DNA from: Octopus sinensis
Taxonomy: Eukaryota
Length of the DNA: 64,000 nt
Assembly (NCBI RefSeq): GCF_006345805.1
Contig: NC_043005.1
Coordinates: 96,782,001-96,846,000, forward strand
Direction: 5' to 3'
A program made the translations under genes and the position numbers. The notes beneath the pieces were generated by a model. It had not been told where the DNA came from and ran no database searches. It saw only the letters and a list, made by a program, of their open reading frames with translations. Of the stretch, positions 26,240-37,666 are shown in pieces (position 1 is the first letter of the stretch; the number at the start of each line of letters is the position of its first letter).

Positions 26240-27346
26240 TTTCTACTCAATGCACAAGGTGTCAGCCCTTCCATCAATGCACAAAAATGGAAGGTCCAAT
26301 TCATTGAAGACTGGGTTGGTAACCATCCACACCACATCACTTTCTTCATTCTCACTGAGACCCACCTTGACAACTCCCACTTGGAAGCCGAAGTGAGAGT
26401 AAAGAATTTCACAACCATCCGCGCGGATCGTATCGGCAAAAGGAAGGGTGGAACTGCCATTTTCCTGCATGATTCGTTTACGGCAGATGGAAATAGCATA
26501 TTCTCCAACGGCTACTGTGAATCAGTCAAAGCCAATGACCTGACAGTAATTGGGCTCTATAGGCCACCCCAAACACCCATACTGCACTTTAAAGAATGCC
26601 TCAACAGCATTAAGTGCTTTATTCAACAGTGCCATTCTAGCAACCTACTCATGATGGGAGACTTCAATCTACCCTGTATTGACTGGACTACAAACTGCTT
26701 GAAACCAAGCACTCCCGCCTCAACCGCTGACAAAGAAGCAGTAGAGTCACTTTTCGACTTTATGAATGAGTTTTTCTTGTCCCAACTTGTCCTTGCACCA
26801 ACAAGACATCAGAAGAACATGTTGGACCTAGTGTTTAGTAACCACACTAACACTATACATAACATTACAGTAGAAAAAACCCTTCTTTCAGACCATGACA
26901 TGGTTCTCTCTAACATGAAATTCCACCAGCCGAAAGCTAATCCTAGTGACCTCCCTCCAGCCCACCCATTTGATAAAATGGATCTCCATAATGCCAACTG
27001 GGATGCAATCAGGAACGAGCTATCACATGTTGACTGGTCCTTTACACATACACACATCTCCACCAACAATAAAACATCTTGGCAGATCTTTGTAGACACC
27101 GTCACAAACATATGTGCAAAATACTCCCCACCAAGACCTGTGAACAGAAAGTGCAGAATCCCCCAAAACAGAAAAACTATTATCAGAAAAATAAAAAGAA
27201 CAAACAAAAAAATTAACGAACTAAAATACTGCCAACAGCAACACACACATTCGACGGCTATCGCACTGCTTGAATCCAAAAAATATAACCTCCAACAATG
27301 CATGAAGACCCTCATCATTAACCAAAGATCAGTTGAGGAGAAGTGA
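26240..27346 (+). CDS. CR1 ORF2 segment: apurinic-like endonuclease
   Basis: ORF 26381-27346 extends upstream in frame; EN motifs as listed for the element. Confidence 0.8.
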   Translation, partial: FLLNAQGVSPSINAQKWKVQFIEDWVGNHPHHITFFILTETHLDNSHLEAEVRVKNFTTIRADRIGKRKGGTAIFLHDSFTADGNSIFSNGYCESVKANDLTVIGLYRPPQTPILHFKECLNSIKCFIQQCHSSNLLMMGDFNLPCIDWTTNCLKPSTPASTADKEAVESLFDFMNEFFLSQLVLAPTRHQKNMLDLVFSNHTNTIHNITVEKTLLSDHDMVLSNMKFHQPKANPSDLPPAHPFDKMDLHNANWDAIRNELSHVDWSFTHTHISTNNKTSWQIFVDTVTNICAKYSPPRPVNRKCRIPQNRKTIIRKIKRTNKKINELKYCQQQHTHSTAIALLESKKYNLQQCMKTLIINQRSVEEK

Positions 27347-27376
27347 GCCATTGAAAAAATCAAACTCACCCCCAAA

Positions 27377-28378
27377 GTGTTCTTTTCATTTGCGAGGAAA
27401 CACAGGGTCACTGTCTCCACTGTTGGCCCTCTAATTGATGAAAATGGCACTCTCCAAGATAATGCCAAATCCATGGCCGAGATACTGCAGAAACAATACT
27501 GCTCTGTTTTCAGCAATCCTGATATGGCCGATCTGGGCTGTATCAGTGATGTCAACCCCCAACACACTATATCGGACATAACGTTTGGTGCCCCTGATGT
27601 CTTAGCGGCGATAAACGAAATAAAACACAATTCAGCAGTAGGCCCCGATAGGTTTCCTGCTTGTGTCCTGAAGGTGTGTCGACACCAACTTGCATCTCCC
27701 CTTGCTAATCTGTGGAGAAACTCACTGGATGCTGGCTATATTCCTAAAAACTTTCTGTCCCAGTCTGTTGTCCCAGTTTTCAAAAAGGGAAACAAGTCCC
27801 TTGCAGGGATCTCACTCACCTCTCATATCATCAAGGTATTTGAGAGGGTGGTGAGATCTCGAATAACCCAATTTCTGGAAAGCAACAAACGGCTGATCTC
27901 TAACCAACATGGGTTCCGTAATGGAAGGAACTGCCTAACGCAGCTCCTGCATCACTTTGATGACATTTTGAGAGCTTTGGGAGAGGGCTCCAACACCGAT
28001 GTCATCTACCTTGATTTCAGCAAGGCATTCGACAGGGTTGATCACAAGATCCTATTGAAAAAACTATCCAACATTGGTGTCTCTAGAAATTTACTGAAAT
28101 GGATCAAGTGTTTCCTGACAGACAGATCTCACCGTGTTGTAGTTGAAGGAGTAAAATCAAGCCCAGCCAAAGTCAGTAGTGGCGTTCCGCAAGGCACTGT
28201 GCTGGGCCCACTTCTTTTCATCATCTACATTAATGACATTAATGACATCATCAAGCACAGCAACATAAAAATCTTTGCAGATGATTCCAAGCTCCAGAAG
28301 ATCATAAATGAGGCGAGTGACCGGACATGCCTTCAGTCAGATCTACTGGCTGTTATCCAATGGGCAGAACGAGGATAA
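27377..28378 (+). CDS. CR1 ORF2 segment: reverse transcriptase
   Basis: 333-aa ORF containing the RT motifs up to FADD. Confidence 0.85.
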   Translation: MFFSFARKHRVTVSTVGPLIDENGTLQDNAKSMAEILQKQYCSVFSNPDMADLGCISDVNPQHTISDITFGAPDVLAAINEIKHNSAVGPDRFPACVLKVCRHQLASPLANLWRNSLDAGYIPKNFLSQSVVPVFKKGNKSLAGISLTSHIIKVFERVVRSRITQFLESNKRLISNQHGFRNGRNCLTQLLHHFDDILRALGEGSNTDVIYLDFSKAFDRVDHKILLKKLSNIGVSRNLLKWIKCFLTDRSHRVVVEGVKSSPAKVSSGVPQGTVLGPLLFIIYINDINDIIKHSNIKIFADDSKLQKIINEASDRTCLQSDLLAVIQWAERG

Positions 28379-29208
28379 ATTCGAGTTAATCCACTTTGGA
28401 AAAGAGGATGCCCTGAAACTCCCATACTCCCTTCCTCCAGGTGAAACTCTCGTGGCATCCAACAACATCAGAGACTTGGGAGTAATTGTGGACAACAACA
28501 TAAGCTGGGCCACTCAACCAAAGTTGACATGGCCCACAGAATGTGTTCCTGGATTCTCAGAACTTTCCAGTCGAGAGATATCCATACCATTATCTTTCTC
28601 TTCTCCACTTTTGCCCGACCCCACCTTGAATACTGTTGTCCACTGTGGTCTCCCCACACAAAACAAAGTATCATAAAGGTTGAAGCACCTCAAAGGGCAA
28701 TCACAAAAAAGATAGATGGCATGGCAGGCCTCGACTATTGGGGTCGACTAGAAAAGCTAAAACCTTATTCTCTCCAACGTCGCCGTGAGCGCTAAATCAT
28801 CTGCATGATGTGGAAAATATTCCATCAGCATCGCCCAAATGATGTTGGCATCACCTTTAAGGTACATCCAAGGCTTGGGCCCCGTGCCATCCACCCACAA
28901 CAAAAATCGCACTCTCATCTCATAACAACAATACGGCACAATTATTTCACCTCAATTGGCCCCGCTCTCTTTAACATTACACCAAAACACATTAAAACAG
29001 AAACAGACCCTATAGAGTTCAAGAAGTCTTTGGACAGATTCCTTCAAGAAATCCCGGATAAACCCCCTACACCCGGATATGTCTCTGTAAACAATAGCTC
29101 TCTACTTGAGTGGGCCATAGTGCCCAAATTCTGACTTGAAAGACTTCACCAGGTGGTGCTATTAAGTTAGACATGGCCTGGGCCAATAATGGCCGAAACC
29201 TATCAAAG

Positions 29209-29231
<23 letters not shown>

Positions 29232-29239
<8 letters not shown>

Positions 29240-29595
29240 ATATAAGAGAATGGTCACTATGTGGCTCATTCTAGCACTAGAGAATCCAAAAGGTTGTGAA
29301 AGTTTGGCGCGCTGTTGGTAAGGGCATTTGAATTATAACGTCGGATGTAATCAATTGAACAACACGTGTATTTATCGTTATGGTAAAATCTGGCGTATGA
29401 TTGAGTGGATTTCATCCAGATAGTTTTGGCTGACCAAAATAATCTGTATTTTTGTTATTTTTTATTTGCCCTGTTCGTGTGAGCTAACAATCGTACTGAC
29501 TTTCATAGGAAACATGTATCTTTGTGGTTGAAACCTTTTGGATTCTCTAGTGCTAGAATGAGCCACATAGTGACCATTCTCTTATATTTATTTTT
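29232..29595. repeat. Perfect 64-bp inverted repeats around a 236-bp spacer
   Basis: 29232-29295 is the exact reverse complement of 29532-29595. Confidence 0.9.
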
Positions 29596-29717
29596 GTATA
29601 AAATATTGTAATATATTATAAAATATTATAATAATCCAGGTTTCTCGAGGCACTGGGCCACTTGGTGTTGAATAGATATGCTATTAAATTAGTATCTAAT
29701 TCTCTCACCCTTATTAA

Positions 29718-29760
<43 letters not shown>

Positions 29761-29989
29761 TATATATATATCAAGCCTAACTGTATTTATCTAAATTACT
29801 ACTCCTCTCTCTTTCTCCCTCTCTTCTCTGTCTCTCTGTATATATATAGAGAGAGGGGGGACGGGGGGCGGTGAATAAATTATCGTCTAAATTATGCAAA
29901 AATGAAAATAAAACTGGCATGCCATTTTAACAGATATATTTACCAAAATTACATAAAAATATCTTGAAATACTAAAGAGTAAATTTATT

Positions 29990-30650
29990 CAATAAAATTG
30001 CCATTGGCTTCCACCACGCCCCCCAGACGGCGTTGGAATCTCTTTCAACTATTCTGCCATGATCCTTGCCTTCAGTTTATCCTTGATGTTACAAGGAGTT
30101 TTGTTGGTCATTTTCGCCCCATACATGATAACCGAGGGGGTTTGCAGTCTGAGAACTCATAGGGCCAGGGCTGATGTAATCGAAGAAATCGTCTGACAGC
30201 CATGACTGAGTTCTTCTGCTTGTGTGGCAAGGTGCAGAGTCCTGTCGTCAGATATAAAGACTTCCAGCAGCCACCGTCTTGATCCCAGGCATCACTACCT
30301 CCTCCGGGCACTTGATGTTGGCCTCCGTGTTGAGTCTGAGGCCGTGTGAGAAGAGGAGTGAGGGAATAACCTCACCATCATTAGTGATCGCTCCATGATG
30401 TTAACTGGATGCTTGACTTTTATCACTTTCACTACATGTTTTGCAGACACGGTCAGCCAACGGTTGCTCTGTGTGTACACCATCTGATCCTGGCAAAAAT
30501 TTTTCTCGTCTAAGAAAAACCAAAGCATGCTCAGCTAGAGGGGAAGCTTGAGTTTTTCCAAAGCTTCGTAGCATTGTCTATCCTCTTATCCTTGATCAGT
30601 CGGGATAAAAATTGTTCTTTTCTCATTTTGTATGAGGAATACCGAATGTC
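29990..30650 (-). mobile_element. Tc1/mariner (DD37D/maT-like) transposase remnant
   Basis: WFFLDEKNFCQDQMVYTQSNRWL..KHPVNIM and a frameshifted WP..SDCKPLGYHVWG, corresponding to WPPNSPDCNPLDYYVWG. Confidence 0.75.
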
Positions 30651-30829
30651 TTCATGACTACCTGCCTAATAAAAAACACAGACACTCCCATGTCCTTGGC
30701 GATGGAGCTGATAGACTTGGAGGGATCGTTGTCAACCATAACCATATGTATGTACGTATGTATGAATATATATACGTTTAAATATTTGTTGTGCAAGATT
30801 TTTTATGTGAAGTCGTGTGTTGAAACAGA

Positions 30830-32098
30830 TATTGTTATATTTCGGAATGGTCATATTGCCAGTTTAGCCAATAAAAACACACGCACTATATATTTGGTGT
30901 TATTTTGTTTCAGTGATATTTATTTTTTACATTAATCTTAATCTTATTTCGGCCAAAGTTCTTTCGTCACACTCCTGTGACCGCATCAGTGGTCCTTTGT
31001 TTTCTTCTCACTTATTTGTGTCTCTCCTTACTAACCGTCAGCCATTTTGTATTTCTATTGTATGTCTTCATTTGCACTGTATGTGGTCTATAGTATAAGA
31101 TGTATAGAGGGACGATGCAGTAACAAGACAGTAACATACGTAGGGGAAACAGCAAGAAGCATTGGTGAGCGGGTGAATGAACATTGGAAACAACTCAAGG
31201 AAGGTAAAAGCTCATCGATTCTGTACCAACACGCTGAACAAGAACACGGGGGATCAATCAATAACATAGAGATTAAGATATTGTCCACACATAGAACAGA
31301 TGCAACAATTAGACAAATTACAGAAGCTACACATATAATAGAAAATAAACCTAGCCTGAATAGAAAACTAGAATGGAGCAATAGCGCACACCACAACATA
31401 TGACGATAGTGGATCCTGCAAACATAATAAATACACAGATAATTAAAGAAATAGAAATGAATAACTATATATATGTATATGTGTATGTATATGTGTATAT
31501 GTGTGTGTATATGTGTATATATATATATGTATATGTATATTATATATATATATGTATATATATGTATATATTATATATAGATATATATATATATATATAT
31601 AGATATATTTTTTTTTTTCAATTAGATTTATTATTATTATTACTAATATTGTTGTATACATACATACAAGTATATGTAATGATAATATGGGTGGATGTAA
31701 AAACACATGAACAAAATTAGAACAAAAGCAACAACAACAACAAAACAAAATACAAATTACAAGAATATATATAACCAGAATATACAAATATTACAGGCAT
31801 CCCCCCACCACACCTAAATAAACATAGACGCACATAGAGATATAAGCATGCGCAAATGAAGACATACAACAGAAATACAAAATGGCTGACGGTTAGTAAG
31901 GAGAGACACAAGTAAGTGAGAAGAAAACAAAGGACCACTGATGCGGTCACAGGAGTGTGACGAAAGAACTTTGGCCGAAATAAGATTAAGATTAATGTAA
32001 AAAATAAATATCACTTGAAGCAAAATAACACCAAATATATAGTGCGTGTGTTTTTATTGGCTAAACTGGCAATATGACCATTCCGAAATATAACAATA
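30830..32098 (+). mobile_element. 5'-truncated Penelope-like insertion: inverted pLTR, GIY-YIG, pLTR
   Basis: Arms 30830-31075 and 31852-32098 are reverse complements; the GIY-YIG segment lies between them. Confidence 0.8.
31076..31403 (+). CDS. GIY-YIG endonuclease domain (Penelope-like)
   Basis: VVYSIRCIEGRCSNKTVTYVGETARSIGERVNEH..SILYQH..IRQITEATHIIENKPSLNRK; frame open to the stop. Confidence 0.8.
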
Positions 32099-32104
32099 TA
32101 TATA

Positions 32105-32136
<32 letters not shown>

Positions 32137-32503
32137 CATACATACGTACACACATATAAATATATATACGTATATATGTGTGTGTGTGTGTATTTATACG
32201 TATGCAAGCAACAATCACTGAGTGCACATATATAGACAATATTCTGCCACGTTCACTAACCTACAGTAGTTATGTCGTTACCTACAACCCGTCACCATAG
32301 TTACGAATCAACTGGTGTATAGCGAAGGATGCATTTTTTAGACGAATCGATAAATAATTACACATCTATATATTATTGATTATATTTCTTATCTTAATAT
32401 CTTTGAAAACAGAAAGACGCGCGAGTGCAAAGACGCAAATGCGTGCGTATGCATGTATATATATATATATATATGTATATATATGTTATATATATAATAT
32501 ATA

Positions 32504-32542
<39 letters not shown>

Positions 32543-32559
32543 TATATAACATATAATAC

Positions 32560-32590
<31 letters not shown>

Positions 32591-32599
32591 ATATATATA

Positions 32600-32671
<72 letters not shown>

Positions 32672-32693
32672 CATACATATATATATATATATA

Positions 32694-32856
32694 GGCGCAG
32701 TAGTGGCTGAATGGTAAGAAGCTTGCTTCCTAACCACATCGTTCCAGGTTCAATCCTACTACGTGGCACCTTGGGCAAGTGTCTCTTATTATACCCTTGG
32801 GCCACCGATGCCTTGTGAGTAGATTTGGTAGACGAAAACTGAAAGAAGCCTGTCGT
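32694..32856 (+). mobile_element. tRNA-derived SINE family 2
   Basis: Homologous to 13110-13268. Confidence 0.75.
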
Positions 32857-33192
32857 ATATATATATATAACAAAATGCAACCACACGTGATAAATGGATG
32901 TATAGATAGATTGATGCATACACACATGCATGCATATATACATACATATATATACATGCATACCTATATGTATGTTTCAACTCGGACACACAGACATATG
33001 CGTTAATGCTGTATTTGTGTATGTCTATATATGCATCTGCGTATTACCTGTGTCTCTGCTAGTGTATACGAGTGTGCGTGTGAATCTGATAGATTCCGCG
33101 ATATTGTGTTCGAGTACATGTGTAAGATCTAAGGTTACCAGTATATTTATAATAATGGAGGTGGTGATGGCTGTCCAGTTAATATTCGTGGG

Positions 33193-33330
33193 GCAGGCGG
33201 CCAGCTGGCAGAGTCGTTCTCACGCCGGGCAAAATGTTCAGCGGCATTTCGCCTGTCTTAGTGTTCTGTGTTCAAATTCCGCCCAGATCGACTTTGCTTT
33301 TCTTCTTTTCGATGTCGACAAAATAAGAAA
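33193..33330 (+). mobile_element. SINE family 3, 5' part
   Basis: GGCGGCCAGCTGGCAGAG...GTTCAAATTCCGCC. Confidence 0.6.
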
Positions 33331-33709
33331 CTCTTAGAAGAATGTTAGGATGCAGGAGCTACCTAAATATATGTATTGTTATACAACTAAGTGAAATGAC
33401 AAGGAGCAAAATCGAGGTACTTGTTTAAAAATGTCGCCTCATGACGTGCGTGTGAAGCACAACAGTTGATTGTGCATCATATCACGGATCCGGAATGAGT
33501 CGAAACAATTGTAGTGGATTTCAATGAAAAATAACTCTTGAATTCCTTTTTCTGTCTCTCATCTATTTATATAAACTCTACGGACTCCAGGGATTTCTTG
33601 AAATGAATCCAGCAGCAGACGCATTCATACTCTTACTGACATCAGGTAGCCCAAAAATGAAGACGAGATTTACATGACAATCTGCTAAGATTCTGCACGA
33701 ATGTAACTT

Positions 33710-33813
<104 letters not shown>

Positions 33814-34053
33814 GGGGTGGAATGAGAAAGAGAGAGAGAGAGAGATGACAAGTATATTATATACAGCACTCAGATGTGCTGACATTCGATTGTATCGATA
33901 TAATGATGTAGTTTAAATTTATATTTGCATATATTTTATAATAATATAGCAACATTCTTGAGCTCGAACGTTGATGAAACAAGTGTAAATTCATGCAATT
34001 AAAACATGACAATTTACCAATTTATTCACCGATTCTTCTTGTCAATAAATTTG

Positions 34054-34135
<82 letters not shown>

Positions 34136-34980
34136 CAATCCTGTATATTCATATGTTTGTGTGCACATTTTAATTGATAGTATCTCAAAATATGAGATAC
34201 TACCGAAACATAAGCATTCTAGAATTATATGTATTGAAACGTTATGTTTAATGGATAACAACCCACCCCACCCCCGCTGCAGACATACAAAAATACATAT
34301 TTACACACACGCACACACACACATGAATTATATACATACACTTGTACACGCCGCACAGTTTGTCTCTCTCTCGTACACATTCATAGACACACGCATACAC
34401 ACACACGGATGCAAATAGCATGTGAGAGAGAATATGTCAGAAAGAGTTAGCGGAGAAATAACGGAAGAATAAAAGCCTTGATTGGTGAAAAAGAAGTGAA
34501 ACGAGGAAGAAAAATTATAAAACAATTGCACAAACTAGAGAAAAAAAACAAAGCAAGTCTGAGAGAGATGATGAGAGACAGAGATAAGGAGAGAAGCACA
34601 AAATGGAGGAGAGAAAGAGAGGGTGAGAGACAGGAATAAGAGAAACACGAAGCGAGAGAGCGGGAGGGAGAGAGAGAGAGAGGGAAAAAGAGAGAACTGG
34701 ATTTGTAAGAAAGAACAGAATCAGAGATATGAGTGAGGCGTTTCTGAAACTTCACCGAAGACACGTCAGCGAAGGAGGAGGAGGAGGAGGATGTACGTAA
34801 ACACGTGAAATTGGATTAAAGACCATCTGAAAATAGAACACTGTTTCAAAAAATCATTTCTTAATCAATATCTGTTATTATTTTCATAATGACTTAATTA
34901 AGTGTACGCACACATATATATATATAAACACATACATAAAGATGAATAAATATTTGCATGTATGCGTATTTGTATGTATT

Positions 34981-35036
<56 letters not shown>

Positions 35037-35137
35037 TGTATATATATATATCTATGTATATTAACACATATATGCATGTATATACATATATATATATAAT
35101 ATACGTATATGTATGTAATATATACATATATATACAT

Positions 35138-35837
35138 ATCTCTTATTATAAAAGGCAGATTTTATCTGCCTCCCTTTGGGAGTTATACAAATCTACAATA
35201 TAGGATTTCTTCAATTACAATTTACCTGGTATTTTTAAGAGTACAATGCATCGCGTCATGTCAGGTCCAGTTTTTAAAATTTAAACTCCAATTAAGCAAA
35301 ATTTACAGAAAACTCACATTCTGGTGTGTGTGTCAAATGCTTTTCTTAGTCTGGTTTACACCACACGCAAACGCACACACACAGTGGGCAACGAATAAAA
35401 TGAAAGTAAATAGCGACAGAGTGATTTCAGGAAGACTAAACTGAAAGTATTCTGTCTATGACGCTGATAGATACATGAGTAAAATGTATCTCTTATTATA
35501 AAAGGCAGATTTTATCTGCCTCCCTTTGGGAGTTATACAAATCTACAATATAGGATTTCTTCAATTACAATTTACCTGGTATTTTTAAGAGTACAATGCA
35601 TCGCGTCATGCCAGGTCCAGTTTTTAAAATTTAAACTCCAATTAAGCAAAATTTACAGAAAACTCACATTCTGGTGTGTGTGTCAAATGCTTTTCTTAAT
35701 CTGGTCTACACCACACGCAAACGCACTCACAGAGTGGGCAACGAATAAAATGAAAGTAAATAGCGACAGAGTGATTTGAGGAAGACTAAACTGAAAGTAT
35801 TCTGTCTATGACGCTGATAGATACATGAGTAAAATGT
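35138..35837 (+). repeat. Two tandem 350-bp units starting with a Helitron-like 5' end
   Basis: 35138-35487 and 35488-35837 are nearly identical; each starts A|TCTCTTATTATAAAAGG. Confidence 0.85.
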
Positions 35838-36384
35838 ATGGGAAGCTAAGAGCTAAGAGTGAGTGAAAATGTTCTTGGAAGAGAGTAAATAGCGAGAGAG
35901 AGAGTGATTTGAGGAAGACTTTCATTAAATAACCGTAGTGGCTTGTGTTAGTAATAAAGTAAACATACACTCATACATACATTCATACATACATACATAC
36001 ATACATACATACATACATACACACACACACATACACACACACACACACATACACACATACATACATACACACATACATACATACATACATATACATACAT
36101 ACATATACATACATACATACACACACACACAGTATTGAAGCTTGAGAACAATCAGATACATTTGCAACACATCTGTTGAAAATATTATTGTTCACACACA
36201 TACATATACATATATACATACATACAGACAGACAGATAGACACACACACACACACACACACATGATCCAGCATGGCCACAACCTCAAGGCTGAAACATAT
36301 AAAAGAATAACAGAATATAAATGTGTGCAAAGTACAAGAAATATTAATGCAGTATATGGGGATTGGACAATAAGCGTAAGGCAG

Positions 36385-36690
36385 TGTCAATGGTGATTCC
36401 AGAAATCCCGAGCCATAAACTACAGCCTAGAAGACGAGCCTCATCCTGAAAGATCTGTAGAACTCGACAAGGACATCCTGAAAACCCTGGTGGAACAAAA
36501 TCTCATCGTAACTGTTGAGGAACTAGCAGAGAAGCTTGGATTTAGTCATTCAACCATTCATTGAGACCTGTGTGCTATCGGAAAAGTCAGCAAATTGGGT
36601 CAATGGGTTCCTCACGAACTTTCCGAGTCTAATTGCATGCAGAGAGTGAATGTATGCTTTTCTTTGCTGTCACATCTCACCACTACTGCG
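36385..36690 (+). mobile_element. Mariner transposase N-terminal remnant
   Basis: WFQK..SLEDEPHP..VEELAEKLGFSHSTIH..GKVSKLGQWVPHELSESN (WVPHEL motif). Confidence 0.85.
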
Positions 36691-36699
36691 CTATGTATA

Positions 36700-37336
36700 T
36701 CTATATATATAAAACTGTAGTTGGTGTGAGTGTCTGTCCCCTTCGATTTAGATTCCTAACTACTCCCACATTTTGCGGTACAGTTTAACCAAATTCGGGT
36801 AGCTTATAGTCGTGATTCATATCGAGCCCGTCTGAATATTAGCGCGCGTCTACGATGAGTCTACGATTTTAAAAATAATTTAACATCATTTTTTATTCCA
36901 TTTTAATGCATAATTTTTCGTGTGTCGATGGCGGCGGAGTTGGCGTCCACGCTCACACCTGCACCTGTGGGGAAGGGAGTGTAAGGAAATCAACGTCGTA
37001 ATGCGTTGTCAAGGAGACTAGTGTTCTTTTAGAACAACGTCTTCATGGCTTGAAGACACCAAAACAGAAATGGCTAAGAAAGCGTCTACATGAGTCTACG
37101 ATTTAAAAAAAAAATTACCATCGTTTTTTTCCATTTTAATGCATTTCTTCGCTATTATATAAGGGAAGTAACTCTCTAAAAATGTCTACGATGAGTCAAC
37201 GATTTAAAAAAAAATTTACCATCATATTTTTTCCATTTTTAATGCATTTTTTGCTATTTTTTTGCTATAACTCTCTAAAAATGCTTATATAGTTATTTCC
37301 CTTACAAACCCGAGCAACGCTGGGCGATACTGCTAG
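36700..37336 (+). mobile_element. Complete non-autonomous Helitron
   Basis: A|TCTATATATATAAAA start; ends CCCGAGCAACGCTGGG hairpin...CTAG|T. Confidence 0.8.
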
Positions 37337-37342
37337 TATGTA

Positions 37343-37470
37343 TATATAAAGTATAGGAAAAAATGGAGCTGAACGAAGATTTAACAAAGTTCCTTTATAT
37401 GTCGAAAATAAAATAAAGGAATTTTGTTAAATCTTCGTTCAGCTCCATTCTTTCCTATACTTAATATATA
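37343..37470. repeat. Near-perfect ~128-nt foldback
   Basis: About 55-bp arms (..ATGGAGCTGAACGAAGATTTAACAAAGTTCCTTTAT) around a 14-nt loop. Confidence 0.85.
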
Positions 37471-37608
37471 AAACTTCAAATTTCCGCACTAAGGCACGGA
37501 TTTTATGCCCTATGGTCGTAACTTCAACCGTGCCTTTTCTGTTGTGAGTTTGCTACCCAGGTATCGGTTATCTTTCGAATTATCCGTAATAAGATAATTC
37601 ATTGTCTA

Positions 37609-37664
<56 letters not shown>

Positions 37665-37666
<2 letters not shown>

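Larger units (their letters stand above)
25935..29208 (+). mobile_element. CR1-clade LINE, near-complete ORF2 (APE endonuclease plus RT) with a few frameshifts or stops
   Basis: EN motifs LTETHL, RADR..RKGGGT, LYRPP, MGDFNLP, NMLDLVFSN, LSDH. RT motifs GFRNGRNC, YLDFSKAFDRVDH, GVPQGTVLGPLLF, FADDSK. C-terminal PHLEYCCPLWSPH..YSLQRRRER. Flanked by (TA)n on both sides. Confidence 0.92.

Noticed and set aside
26809-27630. 273-aa minus-strand ORF
   Set aside because: Antisense shadow of CR1 ORF2.
29171-29205. GGCC-AATAAT-GGCC-GAAAC at the CR1 3' end resembling half a hammerhead
   Set aside because: There is no CUGANGA upstream and no stem I; more likely the LINE 3' stem-loop.
29490-29530. GAAACATGTA palindromic stem III-like motif
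   Set aside because: No matching CUGANGA core or stem I nearby.
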